DNA of 64,000 nt from contig JALMLS010000330.1 of the NCBI GenBank assembly GCA_038496445.1, forward strand, positions 62,001-126,000, in the 5' to 3' direction. The DNA comes from Trichosphaerium sp. ATCC 40318. Taxonomy: Eukaryota; Protista; Tubulinea. Below the pieces are notes generated by a model. It had not been told where the DNA came from. It saw only the letters and a program-made list of their open reading frames with translations, and made no database searches. Position 1 is the stretch's first letter, and each line of letters begins with the position of its first letter. Below are positions 13,959 through 26,379 of the stretch, piece by piece. The position numbers and the translations under genes were made by a program.

Positions 13959-16017
13959 TTAAAATGTTATCCGTTGTGTATGAATTATATTTTTCCCTCT
14001 ATGTATATTAACTTCCATTGTTGGATTCGTACTATCTGTATTTGTAACTACAGTACTAAACATATTACCCTTAACGTCCAAAAAGAGTTGCTACAAAATA
14101 TAAGTAAAATGATTCAGCACATAGTTTGGCTCATTACCTTCTCTCCATTATTAGGATTAGATGCCCCTTCGTCCCCAAAGTCACCAAAAATAACGTCTAC
14201 AGGAGATACACTTATCTCATATAACTTTGGTCGTATCTCCCATACCGCTGAGTAGTGTCTATCAGCAGAAAAGAGAACAACATTTGATATATTATTTGAT
14301 GTTATATAATCCATTATTTCGTCCCTCTCAGTCTTGTAACTAACCCATGTATCACCGCTGTTCCAAAAACTAAAAGGTGGTCCAGAGAAGATAACCTACA
14401 GGTGGTCAAAAACGTTAAATAGCAAATAGTACACGATTTTACCTTAATGGCAGTGTCATTTGTGCTAAGCCATGTAAACAGCGCTGCTTTTTGCACACTA
14501 CCAAGCATTGTCTTTGTTGCACTTTCTGGAGCAGAAACTGGACTTCTGTAGCGTTTTGTATCGAGTACAAAGAATCCAACATTTGATGTAGCAAAAGTGT
14601 AGTAGTACACACTAGCTGCAAAATGTGGTTAGTACGAACTCAGAAAAAAGTGAGAAACAGTATACACGCACATCCAAAACTACTTGGGTTTCCATTGCCA
14701 GCGTACTCATTCCATGCTTTAATAGCTTCAGGATATGCACCTGTCTCCATTTGATCCCAATTATCTTCAATCTCATGATCGTCATCTTAAACAAAAGTTA
14801 AGCGTTAGAACAACCAAAAAATACAACATACACATGTGAAACAAGTGAGTGCTTTCAGCAAGCCCTCTGAATACTTTGTTCTTTAAATATCTTCTATACA
14901 TACGACGATAAGAGTCGACATCAGTTCCTAATAATAAAGGAATATCGGCATAAATGTAATCACCCAATCCAACAAAGAACTCGGGTTTGGAAGCTAATAA
15001 ATCATTTACCCTAAGGTAGTTGTTATTTAAAAGCTTATACAACTATTTATAGTATGCGTACCCTTCGGGACTAGCATATGGTGCTATAAAAAAACAAGAA
15101 CCAAAAGCAAATGTCATATTTCCGTTTTGAGATGGTGACGCTAATGTTGTAAACTGACGATTCACACTTCGGTCTCCATTGTCATACAAGAAATTATATG
15201 TATACGTCGTTCTTGGAGCTAATCCTGATATTGTAAGGGGTACAGTAAAGTCGTTTTCTTCAAGTATATCGACAAAACTCGTATTTCCAGTGTTGTATTC
15301 AATACTCTAGTATAAACGAAGTAAGAAATTAGCTTGAGCAGTGGAAGTTGTTGGTCTTACAACGCTTTTGTGCACTTTACTCCGCACTATAAACTTCGCA
15401 GATGTATCGGAAATAGCTAATAACTAATATCAGAAAACACGTGATAAACACGTGCTAAAGTAAAAAACCGTTGTGTTATGCGTTTGCGTACATCCTCTCA
15501 ATTCTAAATTGAGGTTGTTGTTTGGATATAACGTTGCATTGAACGTATACGAGATTGTCAATGCAAAGCATACTATTACTGTAAAGAATGCAACGCTTAT
15601 CACTGGTAAAACGTATTTTGGACGTAGTTTTGTTGCTACAAAGACAATTAAATGAGCGAAAGAATAAACTCTGAATTTGGCCAAAGTGCTTGTGCGTACA
15701 AATACTCTTATACGAGCCGAACCCGCTTACAGCGCATGTCATAATAAGGAGCAATAGCAGTACACCAGTTAGAGCAAAAATAATGTACGCAAACGGAGCG
15801 AACGGGTAGAACGCCAAGAAAGTGACAGTACTAGTATTTATTAGCGTATATGGATTATTGATGCAGTTTTTGTAAACCGAAGAGAAAAACTGATTTATAC
15901 GTCTTTAGAACGATAGTGTTGTTGTTTTTAATGCGTCACGTACACAGCCCATACTCCTAGTGTGAGTATAGCAAAAACTACAAATAATACGATCAAAGCA
16001 ATGGTTAGTAGCGGCAT
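13959..16017 (-). CDS. PhoD-family alkaline phosphatase with N-terminal transmembrane segments
   Basis: FAFGSCF, VGLGDYIYAD, DDHEIEDNW, FFVLDTKRYRS, MLGSVQKAALFTWL, VLFSADRH; several hydrophobic helices at the N-terminus. Confidence 0.88.
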
Positions 16018-16244
16018 ATTGACGGCAACAGGCCTTGTTTAATTGTATTTAACAATTCCTCAAAAGGAAGGCTGTTTAAAACGCAGAAACTGAAAATAAA
16101 TCAAAATAGTAATTTTAATCTTGTTGACCAAACCATCAACGAATAGTAACTCTTAGCCAAAGATGTCGCGAATCAACCGAAATTTGAGCATTGTAAAAAA
16201 TAATGTAAGTAGTGAGCACGTGATAGGAGATAGTTTTCTTTTAT

Positions 16245-18198
16245 TTAACAACTTTCTGAGCGTTTTGCAAACCCAATCTTGTTGTCCTTCCTGTTGAATA
16301 TAGTATAATAATCAAGCATGACTACATTACCGTGGATAGTTTGCGAATTGGTTCCACCATTTTCTACAAGGAGAAAATAAGTAAACACAACTTCTTGTCA
16401 GTCAATTGACTGTACTACCTCTGTATTTAAAAAACGCGCTGACATGAATAGAGCGCTTTCAAAGATAGTTTTGGAAGTGTTGTATAGAATTACGTACGGA
16501 TGGCCAAACAGTAGTTTGAAGTTGAGTTTGTTGAAAAGTTAAGCAAGTATGAACTTGGTCTAACTGTTAGAGACGCTCCTTGAAGATCAACTTGGATATC
16601 TGGGTAAGCATTTACCTGCTCTTGGGTAAGAGGGAAACACTTTCCTAAGTAGTGCATAAGAAAAACAAACAACAGCTAACAATCAGACAACTTACCTCCA
16701 AAAAGCGAGTCATTAAAATCAATACCACAAACGCCTTCCAATTTTGTTTTGTCGCATATCTTTTCCATAAGGTTGTAAATGACTTTGTATATTGCGTCTT
16801 GGACATATAACTACAAGATGTTCAAGTGAGTATCAAAAAGTCAATACGTTCGCGAATTGCTCAAACGACTTGCAAAAAGTCGCATAGATAGCAAGCGTAA
16901 CGCTGGCTAAGGATATAATCGATTGATTTGTTGCATAGAAGTTGCGAGTAAATGAATGCGTACAGAATAAGTGCCACTATCGAGAAGAGAACCACCATGC
17001 AAGTTATATATCCATGATTGAAGCCCTAAGTCTACACCTCCAACTTTCATACCCAATGTCTCCATACCATAAAACAAATGATCAACTCCATGTGGTGATG
17101 TGATATTAGTATATTGGATATCCCCGGTATACAAGCTTTCGTCAATACCTCCCTTTAATTTCGATAGTTAAGAAAAATGTAAGAATTTTTTTCGAACGTA
17201 CCAGCGTGAATTTACCTCCTACTTGATGTAAACACATTGCAAATATGTCTTCTAGTTGACCAGCCTTAACAAGAGCTTGGAACGGAGGTTCTTCACCGAA
17301 AGAAGTTATCTCTCTAACCCCAGAGTATTAGTTCTTCATGAAGGTTGAATAGGAAAAAAAATGGATTCAACAAAAGAAATAGATACCTGTATGAAAGACC
17401 CCAAATAGCGCTTATACCCTTCTCACCGCCAGGGAATGTAATATTCATTGTTTCAATGGCACCAAAGGCAACAGATGTTGATAAATCAGTACCAACGACG
17501 CCGAATTTATCAGTGTAAATGTGACCTTCCATAACACAAACTTGGTTTGGATCTAACTCAAAATATGTTACTAACATGACTTTGATATCAACCGTTTTCC
17601 TTACCTGGCGCGCACGTGACATACTGATTATAGAACTCACACCTCTTGTTTTCATCACATTTCTTGCACGAAATCTCAGGGCTTGTACATGTCACGAATT
17701 TGACACCTTGAGAATCCAATGGTTCGTATTCAATCTCTTTAACTTTATTACAACCTTTACATTTCTTGGTTGTGACCAAAAAGTCAGCGCTTCTAAAAAG
17801 GGTGATTGTTAACTAAAAAGCTTATTTTCACGAATGAGCTACTTTACCCGCTATCTAACAATGCGTAGACTGTTTGAGGTGGCGTTCCAACAGTAACTGC
17901 GGCATAATACGCGCCCTTAAGAAAAGTCAGTTGACAAAGCAGTGTTGGGGCAAAATCAATGCGAATGAGGCTGTAGTAAGCTAATACAACTTAAATATAC
18001 ATAACATACCGTTGGTGTCCATGTAATCGATCCTCCGGCAGGTACAGTGTGTCCGCTACCTCGTACACCGTAGCTACGTTGTGGGGCTTTCAAGTGCGCT
18101 TGTTCGACGCCCATTCTTACCAATGGAAACGTGACAGGCTTTAAGCTAAAACATATACTTATCAACGCTAATAGAATGACGTAGAGACGAGTTGCCAT
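16245..18198 (-). CDS. Secreted pepsin-like (A1) aspartic protease
   Basis: Signal peptide MATRLYVILLALISICFS; VGTPPQTVYALLDSGS and SLLDSGT catalytic motifs; C-terminal NKIGFA. Confidence 0.9.
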
Positions 18199-18550
18199 AT
18201 CTGTTACAACTATGAATTCGTACAAGTTCTAAAAAAGGAAAATTACAATTGCCACGTGCACGCAAAAGACACGTAACGTACTTATTAAAAACATGAGATA
18301 TTGATAATGCAAGCCAGGCAAATGACATACACGACAATCGTTATCGGCACAGTTTGTAGGCGTTAAATTGTAGTTCACAAAGTGACTTAGCCTTACAGTC
18401 TATTTACTGAAGCCGGGTGTTCACGGCTTCATAAACGTGGTACACCCATTGTGAAAGCGTGACTTATTAGCGTTCATTATTGTCCCACAGTGGGAACAGT
18501 TTTGGAAGAGTCTAAAAGTCAACCTTCAGTCATGTTTACAAGTTTTCGAA

Positions 18551-20393
18551 ATGAGCGCCAAAAGGATGAACGGTGGTTTGAATAGCGATGCCATGAATTC
18601 AGAGCTACTACGCTTACCAATGGAGATTATTGATCATTTTACAACTTGGCTAGCACCACACCATGTCATTTCGCTAACTACTTGCTGTAAAACGCTTACG
18701 CCACTATACGACGATGTTGTGCGTGAATCTTTGACAACCTTTAACGCTTTATGCCCAATATAGCATAAAAAGCACTAAACTAGCATTTTCCCGCTCATGT
18801 TAACTCAAATTCGCAGAATACTTGGAAAAAACTCGCTAGGCGTTATTTTGTTACAGAAGGTCTCGATAAACCCGGTTTGGACGCTAAACAAGCGCGAGCG
18901 ATTGTTAAAACGATAACTTATCGTCATTGCGACCAACATGTCTTGTACATTATTGCTTCAGTCAAGACGTCACCTGCTGTTCTTGGTAACTCAACCCTTT
19001 TGTATTACGATTGACTAAGACTATTAGATCTCATTTTTAAGTCACTTGAACCCATGATGTGGAAGAGACTGATTATGGTTAAAAATGGGTGTACTGTTGA
19101 AGAAAAAAAAGGACAAAGAAGATCAAGGCGTCTTACGCAAGTTGCTGCTTCTAAAAATGCAAAGAGTAGAGAAGATATCATTGCAGACGCAAAGAAAATA
19201 AGCCCTGATATATCAACTCTGTTACTTGATATTAACACTGACGATGGCGATGAAGACACGTATACAATGAAAGTGTCTCTGCTCCATGAGGTTAGGCACT
19301 GCTAATCTTGGTTTTTTCGTATTTTTTTGTTGCTAACTTCCTGATTAGGCACTTCCTCATGTATCACGTGAAAAAATGCTTGTACCTAACTACTGGAATT
19401 TAACCGCTACAATGAAGCTTGAAATTGATGAAAAAGACCGCAACCCAAAAGAGGATCACATTAACGTTTTTAAAGAAAAATTTGGAGTATCTTGGAGAAT
19501 GTCTGATGATACGTGGACAACAGATTCTTGGTTTGGTGGGTTCCACGATGAGTTTACTTCAGAACTTGGAAGACGTGCAGCTTTAGAAGTAGGCGATTCA
19601 GGTGCGTTTGTGGTTAAAGCTACAGCAATACTAATTTAACTACAAGAGAATTTGTTGCGTGAAGGTATCTCGATTGGAATGAGCGAAACACACTTTCAGA
19701 AAACTGATTTTGGGAAGAGTTTCAAAAAAGGATATATGAGCTACTCGAAACCATGTACGTTGTCATGTTTGGTAACATAAAAAGACTGCTTGAGCTTATT
19801 TTCTTTACCTTATAGACGTATTTTTTGGCGTATGTGGTACATACCATGCTGTCTTTAATGGAAAAAGGTTGAATCGTGTGAGATTCCAATGTGAATGCTA
19901 TGATGCCAAAAACATTTCACAGACATTCATTGAGGAGATGCTTAACAAAACAAAGGCCATTGTGCGCTATTCTACCCGGAAATTTCACCAAGCTAATCTT
20001 ATATCAGATTGCATCTGTGAGGAAAGAGAAAGTGAAGAAACCTACAAGTATCAAGGATTCAACTGTGCGAATTTTAGTTTCTTTGTTACGCTGTTCTAAA
20101 GCTCAGCGTAGATTGCTCAAGTAAGATGGGATTTTACCGAAACTATTTCAATGTTCGAGGAAGGTGTTAGAACATATGGATGGGGAATGTTTAAGCATCA
20201 ACCACCTGTTAACCTAGAGAAGGCTGAATGGCCAGGAGTATGTCAAATTTTGTTAACAGCACAAAAGAAATTATGCTATTTTAAGTTACCTTACTTATAC
20301 TCGCTCTAGACTAAAGTAGTGATGTATTTACATGGAAGCAAGTATGGAGGAACTTATCAAATGACTCTCGCTTATGAGAAAGGATCAGCGTAA
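18551..20393 (+). CDS. F-box protein with unrecognised C-terminal region (multi-exon)
   Basis: LLRLPMEIIDHFTTWLAPHHVISLTTCCKTL F-box-like motif; successive short exons with GT-AG introns. Confidence 0.6.
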
Positions 20394-20631
20394 ACATCTC
20401 ATGTATCATCCATAGATAGTAAGTCAGTTTGAAATAAAAACAGCGTCATGAGATGTAACGCCTTTATGTTCTTGCTCGGGTACATATTATTGGGAAAACC
20501 ACACAATACAAGCTCAGCCAACTACCCAATGATATGGCGCATATGTATTAGAGAAGGCTCAACACGTGGCCAAGTTAGAGGGGTTTTTTGGATTAAAAAT
20601 ATTTGATGAAAAAGAGTGGTTAGTTTTTATT

Positions 20632-22912
20632 TTACTCTAATTTGTATAGAATAGCGCTTTCTTTTCTGTCACCCATTATACGTAAGTAATCAAAGTGATT
20701 ACATAACGCATCCCAGTATGTACGCTTATAATTATATGGTACATTATGTTTTTTGCACATCTCCTTTACAATAGGTGCAATTTCAGCGTAGAATCCTTGT
20801 GAAACGCCTGGAAATAGATGGTGCTCAATCTAATGTATATCGTCAGTAACATTCTAGGTTATAGTAGATTGGTAGACCAAAACAAGAAAGAGTAACTGCA
20901 ATAGAAGTGAAGAAACAAGTGCGTACTTGATAGTTTAGAGCGCCTGTAAAGAATGTTGTGATTGGTGAGTCGTGAGCATAGTCCAACGAAGTGGCGCATT
21001 GTGCTTTAGCCCAGTCATGATCAACTACGCCAGTAGAAGGATCAACACGTGGCCAAGATGTCTAACCAAATGTAAGCACAAAACCCGATAAAACAAAAAA
21101 AAAAACACGTGGTACCTCAGGCATCAAGTGATTGACTTGGAAGCTGAACGCCAAGTAATAACTGAGCATGAAATCTAAATAGATTCCTTTAGCGGCAAGA
21201 ACGAATAGAAGCTGTTGCAAAGACACGACGTTACCTGATACTATCCACAACATAAGTACATGAGGTAAACTAATGAAGAAAGAAGGAATAATAAATCGGT
21301 AAATAAACCAAAATAATTTTCCTCCAAGCATAAAGAATGTATCCATTGCATCTGCAGGGTTCATTTCTATAGATCCATTTATTCTTTGGACAAAAAACAT
21401 GAACATATCTGTGAAAAAAAGGGTCAAAAGTGTGTTAAGAGATCATGACGTTGTACCATCAATTCTGAACTTAGTACTTAGAAGCCCATATAGAATTGGA
21501 GCGTAAATGTGTTGGTACTTATATCTGTCAAAAAATCCTTGGTTGTGCTTTATACGCCTTGGTACAATGTGAGTAAAAGCAATAAAGCAGCGCACTTTAC
21601 CTAAAATCGACTGGATGCGCAGTCAAACAATCAGGATCAACAGACTCTCCACAACCTGCACAACTAAATAAGGAATTTACCATAGTATTTCGGCTTGTAC
21701 CGTTTGTGTTGCCAAGGCGCTCATCCAGAGTGTTTGTGTATGGGTGATGTCCAAGTAAGTGCTGGTGATACCAGCTGTAGTGCGAACCTCCAGTTGCTAC
21801 GTAAACGTTAAGAGAAGGCAATCGTTGGCAACGAAGCATAAAAAAGAGTATTGAATGCACACCGTGGGATTTGAACCCACGCGGGACGAATCCCATATGG
21901 ACCTGAACCATACACCTTAACCACTCGGTCAGATGTGCCTTAACAGTTTATGCTAAGGTAATCTGTGTGATGTGGCTGAAAAGTCAACGGTTGGTGGCTT
22001 CCATGAGTGTACAGCTCAAAGAGCACGTGTGTTGATATCGTGTACTTACCAAAGTCAAACTGAGCGCCAATAAGTCGCCAAAGAAGTGGGCTTTTTGTGC
22101 AAGAAGAGTGCCCAGCGTCGTGTAAGTTTACAAGCCCTAGCACAAGGTTACTCAAGTGGCTTTTTTAGAGATCAAATGTTTAAAATTGCCTTACCACAAT
22201 GTGCTTGACAGAACGTTAAAAGTGTCATTGTGCTGTTAAAAAAAAATAAGAAATAACAATTGATTATTGTAACCGTACACCACGTAAGCTAGAACGATGT
22301 TATCGTTCATAATTAGCCATACCTTTGGTTGTGTTAGCAGCTAAATTCGCTTATTAAAGTGTCACTATAACGCACTGATAGATAGAAGAAGGCGAATACA
22401 CCAACGAAGTTGAATAGCATTTTTAACATCGTAAAGTAGTGTACTTTAGGGTCTTGGCCTGTTTTCTTGAAATACTGGTCTACCTTGCGTTTGAGTTCAA
22501 TGTAAAAATTTGACATAGGAGGAAAGACAGGAGTGGCCTTGTATTTGTTAGAAAACGTGTTAGCAGACATATTCTTACACTACTTGCTAGGTTCCCAACG
22601 AATTTACAGCGCTTTTCTACGAGTGGGAAAATTTTTAGCGAGTGATACGCCTCGAACACAGGTGTCGCTTCTCTGCCCTACAATTCGTAACTATTATACG
22701 TTTTTTGTACGAATACACTTACGGCGCACAAACTCAGCAAATATGCTCCTCCAGGATGCTTGTCCATGAAGCCAGTAACGTCGTACACTTTTCCACGCAA
22801 TGCAATCCACGCATCATTCTAAAAAGTATTGTCACAAACGAGAAACCCATTTAAACACCTAGGTTCGTACAATGGTATTGTGTTTTCGCAACTCTTGATA
22901 CGACACGTCCAT
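20632..22912 (-). CDS. Cytochrome-b5-fused front-end fatty acid desaturase (delta-5/6-like)
   Basis: b5 HPGG motif; His boxes HDAGH, HQHLLGHH and QIEHHLFP; DWAKAQCATSLDY. Confidence 0.93.
21856..21938 (-). tRNA. tRNA-Leu(CAG), located in an intron of the desaturase gene
   Basis: GCACATC acceptor stem pairs with GGTGTGC plus discriminator A; D arm ACCGAGTGGTTAAGGT; anticodon stem TATGG/CCATA with loop TT-CAG-GT; long variable arm; T arm GTGGG-TTCAAAT-CCCAC; oligo-T terminator just downstream. Confidence 0.93.
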
Positions 22913-23104
22913 CACAACTCCAGAAAAAACAATCTCAAGTCAATATGAGTCGGTACAATCCACTACTAGCCATCTTCACGCGTGGCATTATGCAAGGGTA
23001 GCTTCCGAACAATAACGTTTTAACAACACAAAGTTATGTCACCAAAACCAAAACTTAACTGTCGAGCGTTTTAAGGCTTTACATCGCGTGTCTGTGTTAG
23101 TACT

Positions 23105-25887
23105 ATGGAAGTGGAAGCAACCAGTGAGCTCTTCGTAGGGTGTTTTGTTGTTTTACAAGATGGCGCCAATTACGACAGGATTAAACTCGCAAAGCATATC
23201 GCTGAACACGGTGGAGTGGTGTCTTTGGGCATAAATAAAAGGGTAAGCACAAATATTAGCACAACTACTTTAAAAACAAACACTTTCGCAGATAACGCAC
23301 TACGTATGTGATACTGTGAATGACCAGGCGAACCTCGCTAAAAAAGCTGGCGCAATGATTGTTAATGAAGATTATTTCTACGAATGCTGTGAGAACGAAA
23401 CCCTATTACCTGCGAAGAACTACGTCACAGTGGGAACAAAAAAAAAGCGAAAATACGTTCAAGAGTCCGATGACGAGTCTGACGACGATGAACCAGTAAA
23501 GAAAAAGGTATGTAAAACTCTAGTGGCATTTGGCGCCTTTTGGAAAGAAGCAAAGTTTAAAAAAAAACCGTTTAGGCAAAAAAATCGAATAAAACAACAA
23601 TGATAAAGAAAGGAAGTGCTGCTGTTGATTCAGCATGTCCAAATGGAAAGAATATGCATGTCTATGAAGAGAATAAAAAGCCTTGGGCTGCTATGTTAAC
23701 ACTGGTATGCGTATCCACTGTACAGTGGCACATGCTATTCGCTAACGAACGTATAGACGTGTATTGGACAAAATAACAACAAATTTTACATTGTACAATT
23801 GTTAGAAGCAGATAAAGCAAAGAAATGGTATTTGTGGACTAGATGGGGTAGAGGTTAGTGAATTACTCGTTGATTTATCTTTACTAATGAGACATAGTTG
23901 GTAATAGTGGTCAATCAAAAATGATTGCTATTGCAAGCTTGGAAGACGGCAAAGACCAATTTTGTAAAAAGTATGTCAACCAAAAATTTTTCTTGTTTGA
24001 CAGCTGTTTGTACTTATGGTTCACGTGTAGGTTCTATACTAAAACTAAAAATGACTGGGGCGATGCTGATTCTTTTGAGCAACAACCAGGTAAATACACC
24101 ATGATTGCATTAGACTATGGATCAGACAGTGAGGAAGAAGTAAAACCTAAAAAGAAAATTATGAAAAAGAAAAAGAAACCAAAATCAGGACTTGAAGAAC
24201 CGTACGTTTGACACGTGTTTGTTCTTTTATTCTCAATATATTCTCATATTGTAGTGTACAAGACCTCGTCAAGTTGATATGTAATAAAGAGCTCATGAAT
24301 AAAACTCTATTGGCAATGAACTACGATCGCAAAAAGATGCCGCTAGGTTCGTGGAACAAACAGAAATATTATTTTATTTATTCAGTCACTTAAACACTTC
24401 GCAGGGAAGCTTCACAAAAAGACGCTCACCAAGGGAACTAAAGTTTTAAAGGACCTTGAAGATGAGTTTACAGCTTGTGGTGGTACACCAGCACGTCATG
24501 TACTCCTTGAGTACTCAAACAGATTCTATACACTCATACCACATGCTTTTGGTATGAAAGTGCCACCTATCATTGATAGTGTTAAAGTCATTCAGCAAAA
24601 AGTAGAGTTCCTTGAGGTACCCTTAAATTCTTTGTGGAATTTTTTGCGCACGTGTGATGAGGATTTTGTGTTAAAGGTTTTTTAGGATCTTGCAGATATC
24701 AAGGTTGCACAACAGATTATTAATGATACTAAAGATGACGAGAATCCAATTGATACACAATACGAAAAATTGGGTATTGACATACAACCTCTTGATGAGG
24801 ATTCAGAAAAGTTCCAGATAATCCAAGAGTATGTCCAAAAGACGCATGCACCAACACACAAGAAGTACAAGTTAAAGATTCAACATATCTACGAAGTAGA
24901 AAGGTTAGTTATTTGATGAATTTAGCTTGCTGATAAGAGCAATCAAACCATTTGATTTACATCAGCTAATATTGTTCTAGAGAACCAGAACAAGAACCAT
25001 ACGAGGAGAATGCAGATATGGAAAACCAAATGTTGCTTTGGCACGGTTCCAGACTCACAAATTGGGTTGGTATTTTATCTCAAGGTAACCATAAAAAGAT
25101 TTTGAGCGTTTTTTTAGATCACTTGATTTTGACTTTTTTTTTTCTTATTAGGGCTTCGTATTGCTCCTCCTTCTGCTCCAGTTACAGGTTATATGTTTGG
25201 TAAAGGTGTATACTTTGCAGATAGTTGCTCCAAATCAGCAAATTATTGTCATGCTAGTAAAGAACAAGACCAAGTAAGTCCAAGTGGTATTTTTGAAAAT
25301 CCTTCCACTGCCGGGTGGTAATCTCGCTATTTGTTGTTTAATTGTACTAAATTACAATAGGGAGTATTGCTTCTATGTCAGGTAGCTCTAGGTACGATAC
25401 TGGGAGATTGTTGAGCAGAGATTTTGAAAGGTTCTTAACTGAATTTTAATTTAGGTAAAATGTTTAACAAGACGCAAGCTGACTCGAGTTTGACTAAAAA
25501 GAAGCTTCAGAAAAAGGTTTGAATTACCTATTATTTGATTTCTTACAAATCTGTAGGCTGGAGGCCCATACAACAGTACATTTGGCCAAGGTAAAAAGGG
25601 ACCATCGAAATTTGCAAAAATGTACGCAGCAAAACTCAAGTACTAAAACCAATTTCTGACAACTTTGTTTAGTGATGGTGACGTACAAGTACCAGTTGGA
25701 AAACTTACTGATACTGGTATAACAAATTCAGCGCTACTATATAATGAGTTTGTTGTTTATGATACATCACAGGTAAGTCATTTCTTGCAAGTTTTTTTTC
25801 TTTTTGATAAATTGAAAAAGTTCGTACTAATTTCTTGTCAAGTGTAAAATGAAATACTTGGTTGTTTTGAAGTTTTTGTGGAAATAA
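23105..25887 (+). CDS. Poly(ADP-ribose) polymerase (BRCT-WGR-regulatory-catalytic)
   Basis: N-terminal BRCT-like segment; WTRWGRVG; [10 protein letters not shown]; [23 protein letters not shown]; [21 protein letters not shown]; [10 protein letters not shown] (H-Y-E triad intact). Confidence 0.96.
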
Positions 25888-26379
25888 ATAAGTAAATATA
25901 AACAAATAAATGCAATTAAAGTGATGTTATTATGATTTGTTGTCACGACTGAGGAATAGAAACTCTGTAGCATTTTTCATCAAGAAAAACTATGACATGT
26001 CACAACTTCACTGTTTCTTCGTGAAAGCCCAGATAGCTAAACAAACCCCCTTATTGCTGTAACAACACCAAGCAGTTCATGTCCGTAACTTATGTAGTCT
26101 TGGTAAGCATCAGGTTCTGTCAAATTACAAAGGTAAGGAAAAGACTGGCTGTATGGAACAACCATTAATTGATCACTCAATGAGATTTGCTAACACTTAA
26201 GAGGACCGCTGGTGCCATGACGCAAGTTGCACCAGTTAGATCTCCTCTAAGCTATCTAGCCGCTGGTTTATTTATTAATAACAATGTGAGAATCTGATGT
26301 TTAACAAAAATACCATGATTGTTAAATTGCACTTCACAATAAAATATTTAGGCACAATTACAGCGATTTATTTACACAT

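Noticed and set aside
21856-21938. tRNA-Sec(UCA) or CUG-reassigning tRNA-Ser
   Set aside because: The 5-bp stem centres CAG, not TCA, in the loop; the acceptor stem is a normal 7 bp; discriminator A and G37 fit tRNA-Leu
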